Part shown: positions 39,108-47,963 of the stretch, in pieces
How positions within the stretch are numbered: position 1 is the first letter of the stretch
How the letters are laid out: every line of letters starts with the position of its first letter
DNA from: Aureliella sp.
GTDB taxonomy: Bacteria; Planctomycetota; Planctomycetia; Pirellulales; Pirellulaceae
Direction: 5' to 3'
DNA: 64,000 nt
Assembly: GCA_963691875.1 (NCBI GenBank)
Contig: OY829846.1
Span: 2,784,001-2,848,000, forward strand
Position numbers and translations under genes: made by a program
Notes under the pieces: generated by a model
The model's input: only the letters and a program-made list of their open reading frames with translations
What the model was told of the DNA's origin: nothing
Databases searched by the model: none

Positions 39108-39959
39108 ATGAGAAAGTATTTCTTAACTCTCGCGGCCACTCTACTTGCAGCAAGTTCTGTGAATGCAGCAGTCATGACAAATGGCTCATTGGTCGTCGAC
39201 ATTACTAACAGCAACGGTGCGATCGACGCTGTTGTTTTTCAGGGCAACGACTTTTACAACCCTGGAAGTCCTGTCTCAGACTTTGGCCTGCAAATTGGCA
39301 CCGACACTGGATCTTTTCGGTTCAATACAACGACGGGAGTTGACGGGATTGGAATGGCAGTGACTGGCAGTACTGCAACATCGGTCACTGCTTCTGGAAC
39401 CTACTTGGGTCAAGTGAATGTTACAAGAGTGTATGAACTTGTAGCAGGACTAAATGTGCTGAAGGTCACGACGACCCTAGATGCTCTAGTCGGTGTCTCA
39501 GATTTGCGTCTGTTCGACACAGCCGATCCAGATCAAGGTAGTGGCTCAGCAACGATCAATGATCGTCGAACCCTAGCTGGAGGAACAGTTTTGCAGGCCG
39601 CTGGTTCAGTTAATACCGACACCACTATCTGGGGCTTTGTCACTGACAGTGGCGGGTTCTCTGGCGGTTTTGGGCTTGGAATTAATACCGGTTTCAAGTT
39701 GAACGCCTTTTTCAGTTCCGGTGGCTTCGATCCAAATGGCGGTTTTTCCGATATCGGTATGGCCATTGGCAACGAGTTCAGTCTTTCAGCCGGTCAATCC
39801 GTCACAGTATCATATGCCCAAGCTTATGGAGACAATGTCCTGGAGGCTGAGAACGAGTTCCTGGCCTACGCTTCTTCGGCTGCGGTGCCTGAACCAACTT
39901 CTTTGGGTATCTGGGCGATTGGCCTGGTAGGAGTCGGTTTTGCACGGCGTCGACGCTAG
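39108..39959 (+). CDS. PEP-CTERM sorted surface protein
   Basis: Signal peptide and C-terminal VPEPTSLGIWAIGLVGVGFARRRR. Confidence 0.93.
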   Translation: MRKYFLTLAATLLAASSVNAAVMTNGSLVVDITNSNGAIDAVVFQGNDFYNPGSPVSDFGLQIGTDTGSFRFNTTTGVDGIGMAVTGSTATSVTASGTYLGQVNVTRVYELVAGLNVLKVTTTLDALVGVSDLRLFDTADPDQGSGSATINDRRTLAGGTVLQAAGSVNTDTTIWGFVTDSGGFSGGFGLGINTGFKLNAFFSSGGFDPNGGFSDIGMAIGNEFSLSAGQSVTVSYAQAYGDNVLEAENEFLAYASSAAVPEPTSLGIWAIGLVGVGFARRRR

Positions 39960-40194
39960 CACTCCAATTCAAGACTAAACCAAATTGAACTCTTCAGGCC
40001 AGTTTGCGGCAAGGCAAGTTGGCCTAATTTTTTTAATGGGCTGGCCACGCGTTCACTTGCTAGGCGTTTTTCCGATGGATGTTTGAGCACAGGCGTGGTC
40101 GCCCTTTGAAGATTTTCATGGTGCGTCTCGTATTCTAAGGTCTTGAGCATATGCAGTTGGTTTCCGCCAATTACGAGGGCAGGTTGTAATCGGT

Positions 40195-41219
40195 ATGAAC
40201 GATTTGGTGAACCAAAGGGAAAGGACGTCCCGCAAACGCCGTCGCTGGCCACGCTTTTTGCTCGCCGCGATCGTGATTTGGTTTGTCGGCGACTTTGGCT
40301 ACTCGTGCAACGTCAGCTATCGCATTCGCGAGTGGAAAAACTCGGTGCCCTGGACCGAAGAAGTACTGGCTCCTGACGCGGCCGAAGGCGAAGCGGGCGA
40401 AGGGGACGTCGCCCTGCTGATGGTCCACGGCTTTGGCGACTCACTACAGACATACCGAAAGCTGATGCCGGAACCGGCCCAAAATGGCTATCACTGCAAA
40501 GCAATTCTTCTACCCGGCTTTGGCAAGGATGTGGATACCTATGTGCGGCAGAAGTGGAACAGTGGCTGGGAAAAGTCGAAGACGAGATGGCGGCGCTAAA
40601 GCAATCCCATCGCCAAGTGTGGATTGTCGCTCATTCGCTCGGCGGTGCGATCTCGATCAATCATGGCTTGAATCAAAAACATTCAAAATCGGACGCCGCC
40701 ATGCCGGACGGATTGTTGCTGTTGGCTCCCGCTATCGAAGTCTCAAACCAGCGCAGTCCGATCTTTCCGAAGCGTTTCTTGCATGAGTGGAGCAAGTACG
40801 CCTTGCCATCGTCTCGGATTACTTGCTCGCCTTTTCCGATGGACGCCCGTGATCCAGCCGAACAGGAACGCGAGCACCGCAATATCTTTTCGCCGCGTCC
40901 CATCGTCACCAATACCTTTACCCTTATTGCTGTAAAACGCGTCCTAGCATCGGAGCCCAGACTACCGAGGCTTGTCGTACTCGCAGAACAGGACCGAGTC
41001 GTGGACTCGGGCCTAACGGCAGATCCCTTCGAACAAATCGGTAGCTCCGAGAAAGAACTGCTGCGACTAAAACTATCGGGACATAATGTACCCGTTGACG
41101 TCGAATGGAAAACGATCAGCAAGGCCATCAAGACCTTTCTCACTTCGCACCCGCCTTCGAAGCCGGATTTGCAAGAATTCCAATGTTGCCAAGTCCCTCC
41201 GACATGCTTTGCTCGATGA
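40195..41219 (+). pseudogene. Alpha/beta hydrolase (carboxylesterase-like), frameshifted near 40540-40555
   Basis: First frame has a TM helix, VHGFGDS and LPGFG. Second frame has AHSLGG, EQDRVV and SGHNVP (catalytic triad). Confidence 0.78.
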
Positions 41220-41252
41220 CATTCGCGGTTCTATCTCCAACGCGACCACGCG

Positions 41253-41634
41253 TGTAGGCCGCGAATAAGCGCAGCGTTGTTCTGACGACGCCGTCCAAGG
41301 CCCACCCAATCAAAGCGCTGCCTCAGAATATGATTCTGGACGCTCTATGACGGCAGGGATTTGCACCATGAAGCCACGAAGGGGTTGCTTGCAAGTTTCC
41401 AATGTAAATTGCTAGTGTCAAAAAGTTGTGACCGGATCGGTGCCAATTCGCTTCCCCCGAAGTCCTTCTGCACGCCCAAAGCGGAACAGCTACAATTAGC
41501 ACTAGTCGCGTCACGCCCAGCCGAGTCGTTAAACGCCGAGGCGTAGACGCTGGCTTCCTCTGGCGTCGATTTGAATGGTAGCCAGCATCTCCGCTACCAC
41601 GCCATAACATCGTCGCGTTCGTTAGCGGCCTACA
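41253..41634. repeat. GTAG-type REP inverted pair enclosing ~330 bp (REPIN/MITE-like)
   Basis: tgtaggccgcgaataagcgcagcgttg ... catcgtcgcgttcgttagcggcctaca. Confidence 0.6.
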
Positions 41635-41715
41635 GACGAACAGGCACGCCAAAGCGGCGTCCAACGTGACGGCTACAGCAAGGCCTGCATAACTAACTCA
41701 CCCCCTGGATTCCCC

Positions 41716-42567
41716 ATGAACCGTTTTGTTACTTGCCGGCAGCATATCTTGTTGGCGGCTCTTGTCGTCGCGTTTCCCGCCCTCACCCAAGCCCAATCGA
41801 AGCCATCGGTCGAAATCGAGCTGGCCGGAATTCAAGTTGTTCACCAGGGAATCGACAGCAAAGAGCAGTTTGTCGGTTCTTATCCCTTCAATGCGATGCA
41901 GAAAGGTTGTCGCCTTGCGTTGATTCTCAAGTCAACCGACAAACGCATCATCGACATCGACATTGCGAGGTCTAAGTTAGAAGCCTTCATCGACAGCACA
42001 CGCCAGAGCCTTCTCAACGAGAAGCCAGACCCGAAGAACTTCGGCCATCAAGATGGCTTTGATTCCTTTCCCAAGGTGGCGGAAGACGGCAAAGTCGCCG
42101 TGGTTACCATAGTGGGTTCCAAGCTTCCGAAGAAGGAGGCTACGAAGCTGGGGGCGAAAGGGGAATTAGTTATCCAACTTGCGAGCAAAACCGAGAACAA
42201 GAAGTCGCCTGCAACGAAACTCGAGAAGGGACAGAAGCTGACAGTTGGCGATATCAAGCTTTCGATCAGCGAAGTTGGTAAGCCGCAGTTTTTTGCAAGC
42301 GAGTTTGAATTCGAGGTTGCTTTGGCTTCCTCAAACAAAGCGTTCGACAACGTCGCGGCAATTAAGTTTCTGGATAGCGATGGCAAGGAGATAGAATCAG
42401 GATGGACCGGCGACGGCTCGGTGGGCTTTGGCGACAACTTTACTTACACCAAGAACTTCGGACTCAAGAAAGCTCCCATGGGTAATGTTACTGTTGAACT
42501 AGAATTGTGGACGGATCTTAAAGAGGAAAAAATCCCCTTCGCCTTCACAGCCGGTTTCGGGCGGTGA
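41716..42567 (+). CDS. Secreted hypothetical protein
   Basis: 283-aa ORF with a signal peptide (LTQA-Q) and beta-rich composition. Confidence 0.8.
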   Translation: MNRFVTCRQHILLAALVVAFPALTQAQSKPSVEIELAGIQVVHQGIDSKEQFVGSYPFNAMQKGCRLALILKSTDKRIIDIDIARSKLEAFIDSTRQSLLNEKPDPKNFGHQDGFDSFPKVAEDGKVAVVTIVGSKLPKKEATKLGAKGELVIQLASKTENKKSPATKLEKGQKLTVGDIKLSISEVGKPQFFASEFEFEVALASSNKAFDNVAAIKFLDSDGKEIESGWTGDGSVGFGDNFTYTKNFGLKKAPMGNVTVELELWTDLKEEKIPFAFTAGFGR

Positions 42568-44177
42568 TAGTGATGGATGAGTCCGGATCGCGAACATCAT
42601 TATCTTGCGGATGCAACAACGTGAAACAAAAATGCTTTTCCCATTCGTGTCGGCGGGTCCCAGCCGCTGGTAGAAAACGGTGGCAGGATGCCTCAGATAC
42701 GGGCAGCCAATTTAGGCGACAGGGTGCCATTAATTCTATCGCGATCATTTTGTCTTCCGTCTGGCTATTCGGCATCGCCATTGCTAACAGCGGCGTGGCT
42801 GATACGTCGCGATCCCAGCCCAACATCGTTTTGCTCATTGCCGACGACTTGGGCTACGGTGAACTGGGTTGCCAAGGGAATCCTGAGATTCCAACGCCCT
42901 TCATCGATCAGCTGGCGGAATCAGGAGTGCGATGCACTCAGGCGTATGTAACTGCTCCAAACTGTAGTCCTTCCAGGGCTGGCCTACTGAGCGGCAGAAT
43001 TCCAACGCGTTTCGGCTACGAATTCAATCCCATCGGCGCTAGGAACGAAGAGCTCGGAGCGGGAATGCCGAGCGAAGAACGACTGCTGCCAGAATTGCTT
43101 CACGACCAAGGCTACACCACCGCCTTGATTGGCAAATGGCATTTGGGAGGCACCGCGAGTTATCACCCGCAGCGACATGGATTCGATGAATTCTTCGGCT
43201 TTACCCATGAAGGCCATTACTTTGTGCCTCCGCCGTGGAGCGGCACAACCATAATGCTGCGGCGCAAGGCATTGCCCCAAACCGCCATCGGAAGCCGCTA
43301 CATGGTTTCTGAGGAGTTGATTTACACTTCGCACATGGGAAACGACGAACCCGACTATGACGCGAACAATCCGATTGTTCGCGTCGGGCAACCTGTCACC
43401 GAAGAAGAGTACTTGACGGATGCCCTCGCTCGCGAAGCCTGCGACTTTATTGATCGCTTTCAAAGCAGCCCTTTTTTTCTGTGCGTGACCTTCAATGCCG
43501 TTCACAGCCCGCTGCAAGCCAAGAACGAGACTCTTACCAAGTTCGGCCACATCGAAGACATTCATCGACGCATCTTTGCGGCCATGCTCAGCGACTTGGA
43601 CAAAGCAGTGGGGCGAATAACGGAAAAGCTAGACAATTGCCAGATTCGTGAAGACACGTTGATCATCTTTCTGAGCGATAACGGCGGACCAACGAAAGAG
43701 CTGACGAGCAGCAATTTGCCACTGCGAAATGGAAAAGGATCGATGTATGAAGGCGGATTTCGCGTGCCTTTTATCTACAACTGGCCTGGGCGATTGGCGG
43801 AAGGTAAAGTTTGCGATCAAGTGCTCACTTCGCTCGACATTTTGCCGACGGCACTGGCTGCAGCCGGGGCGCCCGCTGCACAGGGAAAGGACGGTCTGAA
43901 CGTCTTATCAACTCTAGAGGACCTCAGTCAGCCATTACCCGAGCGCACTCTCTATTGGCGGCAAGGGCATCGAGCGGCACTTCGGCGTGGCGATTGGAAG
44001 GTTGTTTCACCACGTCGAGAGCAGAATCGCAAGGGCCCAAGAGTATGGGAGCTTTACAATGTCGCTTCCGACATCGCCGAAACACGAAATCTTGCCGCTC
44101 AAGAGCCCGACAGGTTGGAGGCCCTTGTAGAAGCTTGGGAAAAGTTGGATGCTAAAATGCGAGAACCTGCGTTTTAG
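42564..44177 (+). CDS. Formylglycine-dependent sulfatase
   Basis: PNIVLLIADDLG, CSPSRAGLLSGR, GKWHLG, SDNGG and KGSMYEGG motifs. True start uncertain, probably downstream of 42564. Confidence 0.93.
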   Translation: MIVMDESGSRTSLSCGCNNVKQKCFSHSCRRVPAAGRKRWQDASDTGSQFRRQGAINSIAIILSSVWLFGIAIANSGVADTSRSQPNIVLLIADDLGYGELGCQGNPEIPTPFIDQLAESGVRCTQAYVTAPNCSPSRAGLLSGRIPTRFGYEFNPIGARNEELGAGMPSEERLLPELLHDQGYTTALIGKWHLGGTASYHPQRHGFDEFFGFTHEGHYFVPPPWSGTTIMLRRKALPQTAIGSRYMVSEELIYTSHMGNDEPDYDANNPIVRVGQPVTEEEYLTDALAREACDFIDRFQSSPFFLCVTFNAVHSPLQAKNETLTKFGHIEDIHRRIFAAMLSDLDKAVGRITEKLDNCQIREDTLIIFLSDNGGPTKELTSSNLPLRNGKGSMYEGGFRVPFIYNWPGRLAEGKVCDQVLTSLDILPTALAAAGAPAAQGKDGLNVLSTLEDLSQPLPERTLYWRQGHRAALRRGDWKVVSPRREQNRKGPRVWELYNVASDIAETRNLAAQEPDRLEALVEAWEKLDAKMREPAF

Positions 44178-44196
44178 GACTCAAATTCTCCAAAGG

Positions 44197-44248
44197 AACT
44201 CGCCAGAATTCCTAAACCTGACCGCACGGGATTCGCCAGAATTCCTTC
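44197..44248 (+). repeat. Repeat family B, two direct copies
   Basis: gaactcgccagaattcct and ggattcgccagaattcct. Confidence 0.75.
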
Positions 44249-44264
44249 GAGCCCGCATTCAATC

Positions 44265-46262
44265 ATGTCAACCGATAGCCCCCCGCAAAACGCGTCCTTA
44301 AACACCACCTACACAACTGTAGGAGTCATAGGCCACATCGACCATGGCAAGACTTCATTGGTAGGGAAGCTCACAGGAATCCAGACGGACACGCATCCTG
44401 AGGAAAAGCGACGTGGCATCACGATCGATCTTGGCTTCGCTTCCATGCGCGAAGGCGACCATACCTTTGCTTTTATTGATGCACCCGGGCATCAAAAGTA
44501 CATTGGCAATCTACTTGCAGGAGTTTCCGCTGTAGACGTTGGACTACTGGTTGTCGCCTGTGATCAAGGCATCCAAGAACAGACACTCGAGCATGTTTCC
44601 ATTCTAAGTACACTCAATGTGCCGCGTATGATTGTGGCCCTCTCGCGAGTGGATCTTTGCGAAGCCGAGCGAATCGAGGAAATCCGAGAGGAGCTGGAAG
44701 TATTCCTCTCAGACTTTGGCTTCGTCGACTTTCCAATCATTGGAACATCCGTGGTCTCAGGCGACGGGCTAGAACAGCTTCGGAAAGAACTATGCGATGC
44801 TTCGGCATTGAGACAAAAAGAGTCAACGGACGCACCGCAGCAGCTCGAAGAACTTGCCTTTCGAATGCCGATCGACCGAGTACTCAATGTGCCTGGACGT
44901 GGATTGGTTGTAGCCGGTACTCCTTGGGTCGGCCAAGTCCGGATTGGCGACAAGCTGCAATTAGCTGATCGGCCTCTTGAACTTCGAGTGCGTGAGATTG
45001 AAATCCACGGCGAAATGACGGATCGCTCGCGCTGTGGTGTGAGAACTGCAATCAACTTGGCGGGTCACGATGATAGTGACATTAGCCGCGGCAACGAGCT
45101 GGTGGCAGTCGAAGCTTACCCACTTGCGTCCAGTTTCTTGGTTTCGCTCCAAGTCTACGACGAAGCGAGTGAGATCAAGCTGCCAACAACTACGCAATTG
45201 CACACCGCTACCACTTCGGTGGAAGCACGATTGCTCGGTCCCAAGACCCTTAAGCCTGGCGAGAGGGCTGTTGTCTTGATCGAAACTCAAGCTCCGATTC
45301 TCGGAGTCTTTGGCCAAGCCGTGTTGATGCGGCACCCTTATCCGGTTGGCTCCTTTGGCGGAGGTCGCATAGTCGGCGTTTGCAACTTCGACGCGAAGAA
45401 GCTCGGCAAGAATAAGAAGGAGATTTTGCAGCTGGGTGAGCAACTGAAGAAAGCTACCGATGCACTGGAGCGTGCTTTGTACTGGCTTGAGCTCATGGGC
45501 GAGTTTCAGCCGGATCAAGCTTGGCTGCAGTGGCAAGCAGGTGGAGTCGCTCTTTCCATGAATGAGCTTAATAAAGCAATTGCTGCTTCAGAACAGTTTG
45601 AACAACTCGGCTCGAATTTTGTCTCTGCCTCGCTGCTCGATCGTATTGTGAAGTTCTTGCACGGTACACTGAAAAAACACTCGGAGGAGAACGAGGATCA
45701 GTGGGTGCTGCAAGAATCGATTGTGAAACGAGCGAGTCACATGGGAGCACCTGCGACAGTCAAACGCGCAATCGCCAAGCTACTGGAGCTGAAGGATGGT
45801 GACGAAGCAGCTGTAGTCGGCTTGAATGGCATGGTAGCCATCGCTTCAGAGAAAACTCGGCTATCGAAGAAACAGCGGGCGAAGATGGAGCAGATGCTCA
45901 AGCTGTACGCCAACACGCGAACACCGCCAACCGTGAAAGAAGTCTGCGAAAAGCTATCCCTGACGCAAGATGCAGTACAATCTCTCGCGCGTCATGCGAC
46001 GCAACAACGAGTGCTGCATGACCTCGGGCAAGGGTTCTACATCGCTGGAAATGTCTTTCGTGAAATGTGTCACCAACTGGCCGAAATGTTCGAATCGCAG
46101 CCTGAATTGACCGTCCCAGCGGTCAAAGATGCGTGGGGTGTAACCCGCAAACACGTCATACCTGTCCTGGAATACTGCGATCGGGAACAGATTACTGTGC
46201 GAAACCAAGACGGACGCGTAGCCGGGAATCGTTTGGCAGAATACGCTGGAAAAGAGTGCTAG
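44265..46262 (+). CDS. selB: Selenocysteine-specific elongation factor
   Basis: GHIDHGKT, EEKRRGITIDLGF, DAPGH, PIDRV, and C-terminal winged helix TRKHVIPVLEYCD. Confidence 0.93.
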   Translation: MSTDSPPQNASLNTTYTTVGVIGHIDHGKTSLVGKLTGIQTDTHPEEKRRGITIDLGFASMREGDHTFAFIDAPGHQKYIGNLLAGVSAVDVGLLVVACDQGIQEQTLEHVSILSTLNVPRMIVALSRVDLCEAERIEEIREELEVFLSDFGFVDFPIIGTSVVSGDGLEQLRKELCDASALRQKESTDAPQQLEELAFRMPIDRVLNVPGRGLVVAGTPWVGQVRIGDKLQLADRPLELRVREIEIHGEMTDRSRCGVRTAINLAGHDDSDISRGNELVAVEAYPLASSFLVSLQVYDEASEIKLPTTTQLHTATTSVEARLLGPKTLKPGERAVVLIETQAPILGVFGQAVLMRHPYPVGSFGGGRIVGVCNFDAKKLGKNKKEILQLGEQLKKATDALERALYWLELMGEFQPDQAWLQWQAGGVALSMNELNKAIAASEQFEQLGSNFVSASLLDRIVKFLHGTLKKHSEENEDQWVLQESIVKRASHMGAPATVKRAIAKLLELKDGDEAAVVGLNGMVAIASEKTRLSKKQRAKMEQMLKLYANTRTPPTVKEVCEKLSLTQDAVQSLARHATQQRVLHDLGQGFYIAGNVFREMCHQLAEMFESQPELTVPAVKDAWGVTRKHVIPVLEYCDREQITVRNQDGRVAGNRLAEYAGKEC

Positions 46263-46464
46263 GCCACTCATCAGCGCAGAGCTAACGCTAACGAGGGAAA
46301 CGCTATTTCCGATCTAGGCCGTTAGCGATCTCAGCACTGTGACGGCAATGGAGCTAATACAATGTTGGGCCGGTTACAAGCATCGCTTCGTTCGGATCTT
46401 TTCATCCATTCCGCATCAATGCGGGATTACGAACAAAGATGACAGAAAACATCTCATTCCTGAA

Positions 46465-47880
46465 ATGAATTCTCCACTCCTTCGCCACTTGCCAGCCATC
46501 GACGAGATCCTGCTTCAGGATCGGATCGCCGATGCGCTCGTGTCAGTACCCAGGGAGCAAGTGGTCCAATGGGCTCGCGAAGAAGTAGACCTTCTCAGGC
46601 AACGCGTTCTTGTTGGGGAAGAGCTGCAAGTAGAAGGCCTGATGTCTTTGGTTGTCGAACAGGTCATCGGTCGGCTAAGTCAGGACTATTCGGCTCGGAT
46701 GCAAACCGTTCTCAACGCAACGGGAATTTTGCTACATACCAACTTGGGCCGCGCGCCATTAGCTGAAGCGGCCGTGGCTCACGTGCAAGCCGCTGCAGGC
46801 TGTACAAACTTAGAGATGGATCTGGGATCGGGAAAACGTTCTATTCGTGGAGCGCGAGTACGAGAACTCCTTGCCAAATTAACAGGCGCAGAAGATGCAA
46901 TTATCGTCAACAACTGTGCGGCCGCTACCATCCTGACACTCCAAGCCATTGCGGCCGGAAGAGAAGTCATCGTCAGCCGCGGACAGTTAGTTGAAATTGG
47001 TGGCGGATTCCGGTTGCCCGAAGTCTTCGAATCCGCCGGTGTACGACTGCGAGAAGTCGGCACGACCAACCGCACCTACCTGCGAGACTATGAAAACGCT
47101 GTCGGCGAAGAAACAGGTGCAATCATTCGAGTTCACCGCAGTAACTTTCAGCAGTCCGGTTTCGTCACCGAGCCAGCCATCGATGAAATGGCACTGGCAC
47201 AAAGGCCGAAAGATGTCCCAGTGATCGATGATCTCGGCAGCGGACACGTAGTTGATTTGTCTGAGCGTGAGCTTCCTGAGATCATTCGGAACGAACCTCG
47301 CGTGCAACAAAGCGTTTCTGCTGGAGCCGACTTGTGTCTATTCAGTGGTGACAAGCTTTTTGGCGGTCCCCAGTGTGGAGTGATCGTCGGCAAGAAGAAG
47401 TGGGTTTCCAAGTTGGCCCAGCACCCGATGATGCGAGCACTCCGGGCAGATAAGTTGATCTTAGCGGCCATGGAAGCGACGACTGAAATTCACTTAGCTG
47501 GCAAATCTGCCGAACAGGTTCCATTCTTTCAAATGTTGCTTCAGCCAGTCGAGGCAATTCGAAACCGATGCGAACAAGTACTTGAGTCTCTGCGTTCAAA
47601 TCTGAGTTCCGATATTCGACTTTCAATCGAAAGTTGCTTTAGCCAGGTTGGTGGCGGTTCGATGCCGGGGGCGGAAATCCCGAGTTTCGCTTTGTCGGTT
47701 CGAAGCGAATCCTCAAATTATTCGGTTGAGACGATGGCTAGTCGCCTGCGAGCGGGTACACCAGCAGTGCATGCGCGAATATCTGAAGACAGCATGCTGC
47801 TTGATTTACGCACGATACAGCCCAGGCAAACGGCGGCTTTGCTCGAAGCCTTAGCCAAGTGGGGAGAAGAAATGCCGTAG
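46465..47880 (+). CDS. selA: L-seryl-tRNA(Sec) selenium transferase
   Basis: NATGILLHTNLGRAPL, VNNCAAA, SRGQLVEIGGGFR, EVGTTNRT, DLGSG, FSGDKLFGGPQ and VGGGS motifs. Confidence 0.96.
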   Translation: MNSPLLRHLPAIDEILLQDRIADALVSVPREQVVQWAREEVDLLRQRVLVGEELQVEGLMSLVVEQVIGRLSQDYSARMQTVLNATGILLHTNLGRAPLAEAAVAHVQAAAGCTNLEMDLGSGKRSIRGARVRELLAKLTGAEDAIIVNNCAAATILTLQAIAAGREVIVSRGQLVEIGGGFRLPEVFESAGVRLREVGTTNRTYLRDYENAVGEETGAIIRVHRSNFQQSGFVTEPAIDEMALAQRPKDVPVIDDLGSGHVVDLSERELPEIIRNEPRVQQSVSAGADLCLFSGDKLFGGPQCGVIVGKKKWVSKLAQHPMMRALRADKLILAAMEATTEIHLAGKSAEQVPFFQMLLQPVEAIRNRCEQVLESLRSNLSSDIRLSIESCFSQVGGGSMPGAEIPSFALSVRSESSNYSVETMASRLRAGTPAVHARISEDSMLLDLRTIQPRQTAALLEALAKWGEEMP

Positions 47881-47946
47881 TGGGATTTGCCAAAATTCCG
47901 GTTTTCGCGACCGCTGTCCTTTAGGAATTCTGGCGAATCCTACTAC
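47877..47946. repeat. Repeat family B inverted pair (GTAG-type), overlapping the selA stop
   Basis: gtagtgggatttgccaaaattcc ... ggaattctggcgaatcctactac. Confidence 0.8.
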
Positions 47947-47963
47947 GTAGTTCGTGTACAGTC

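Noticed and set aside
40540..40560. Programmed ribosomal frameshift in the hydrolase
   Set aside because: No slippery heptamer or homopolymer at the switch point.
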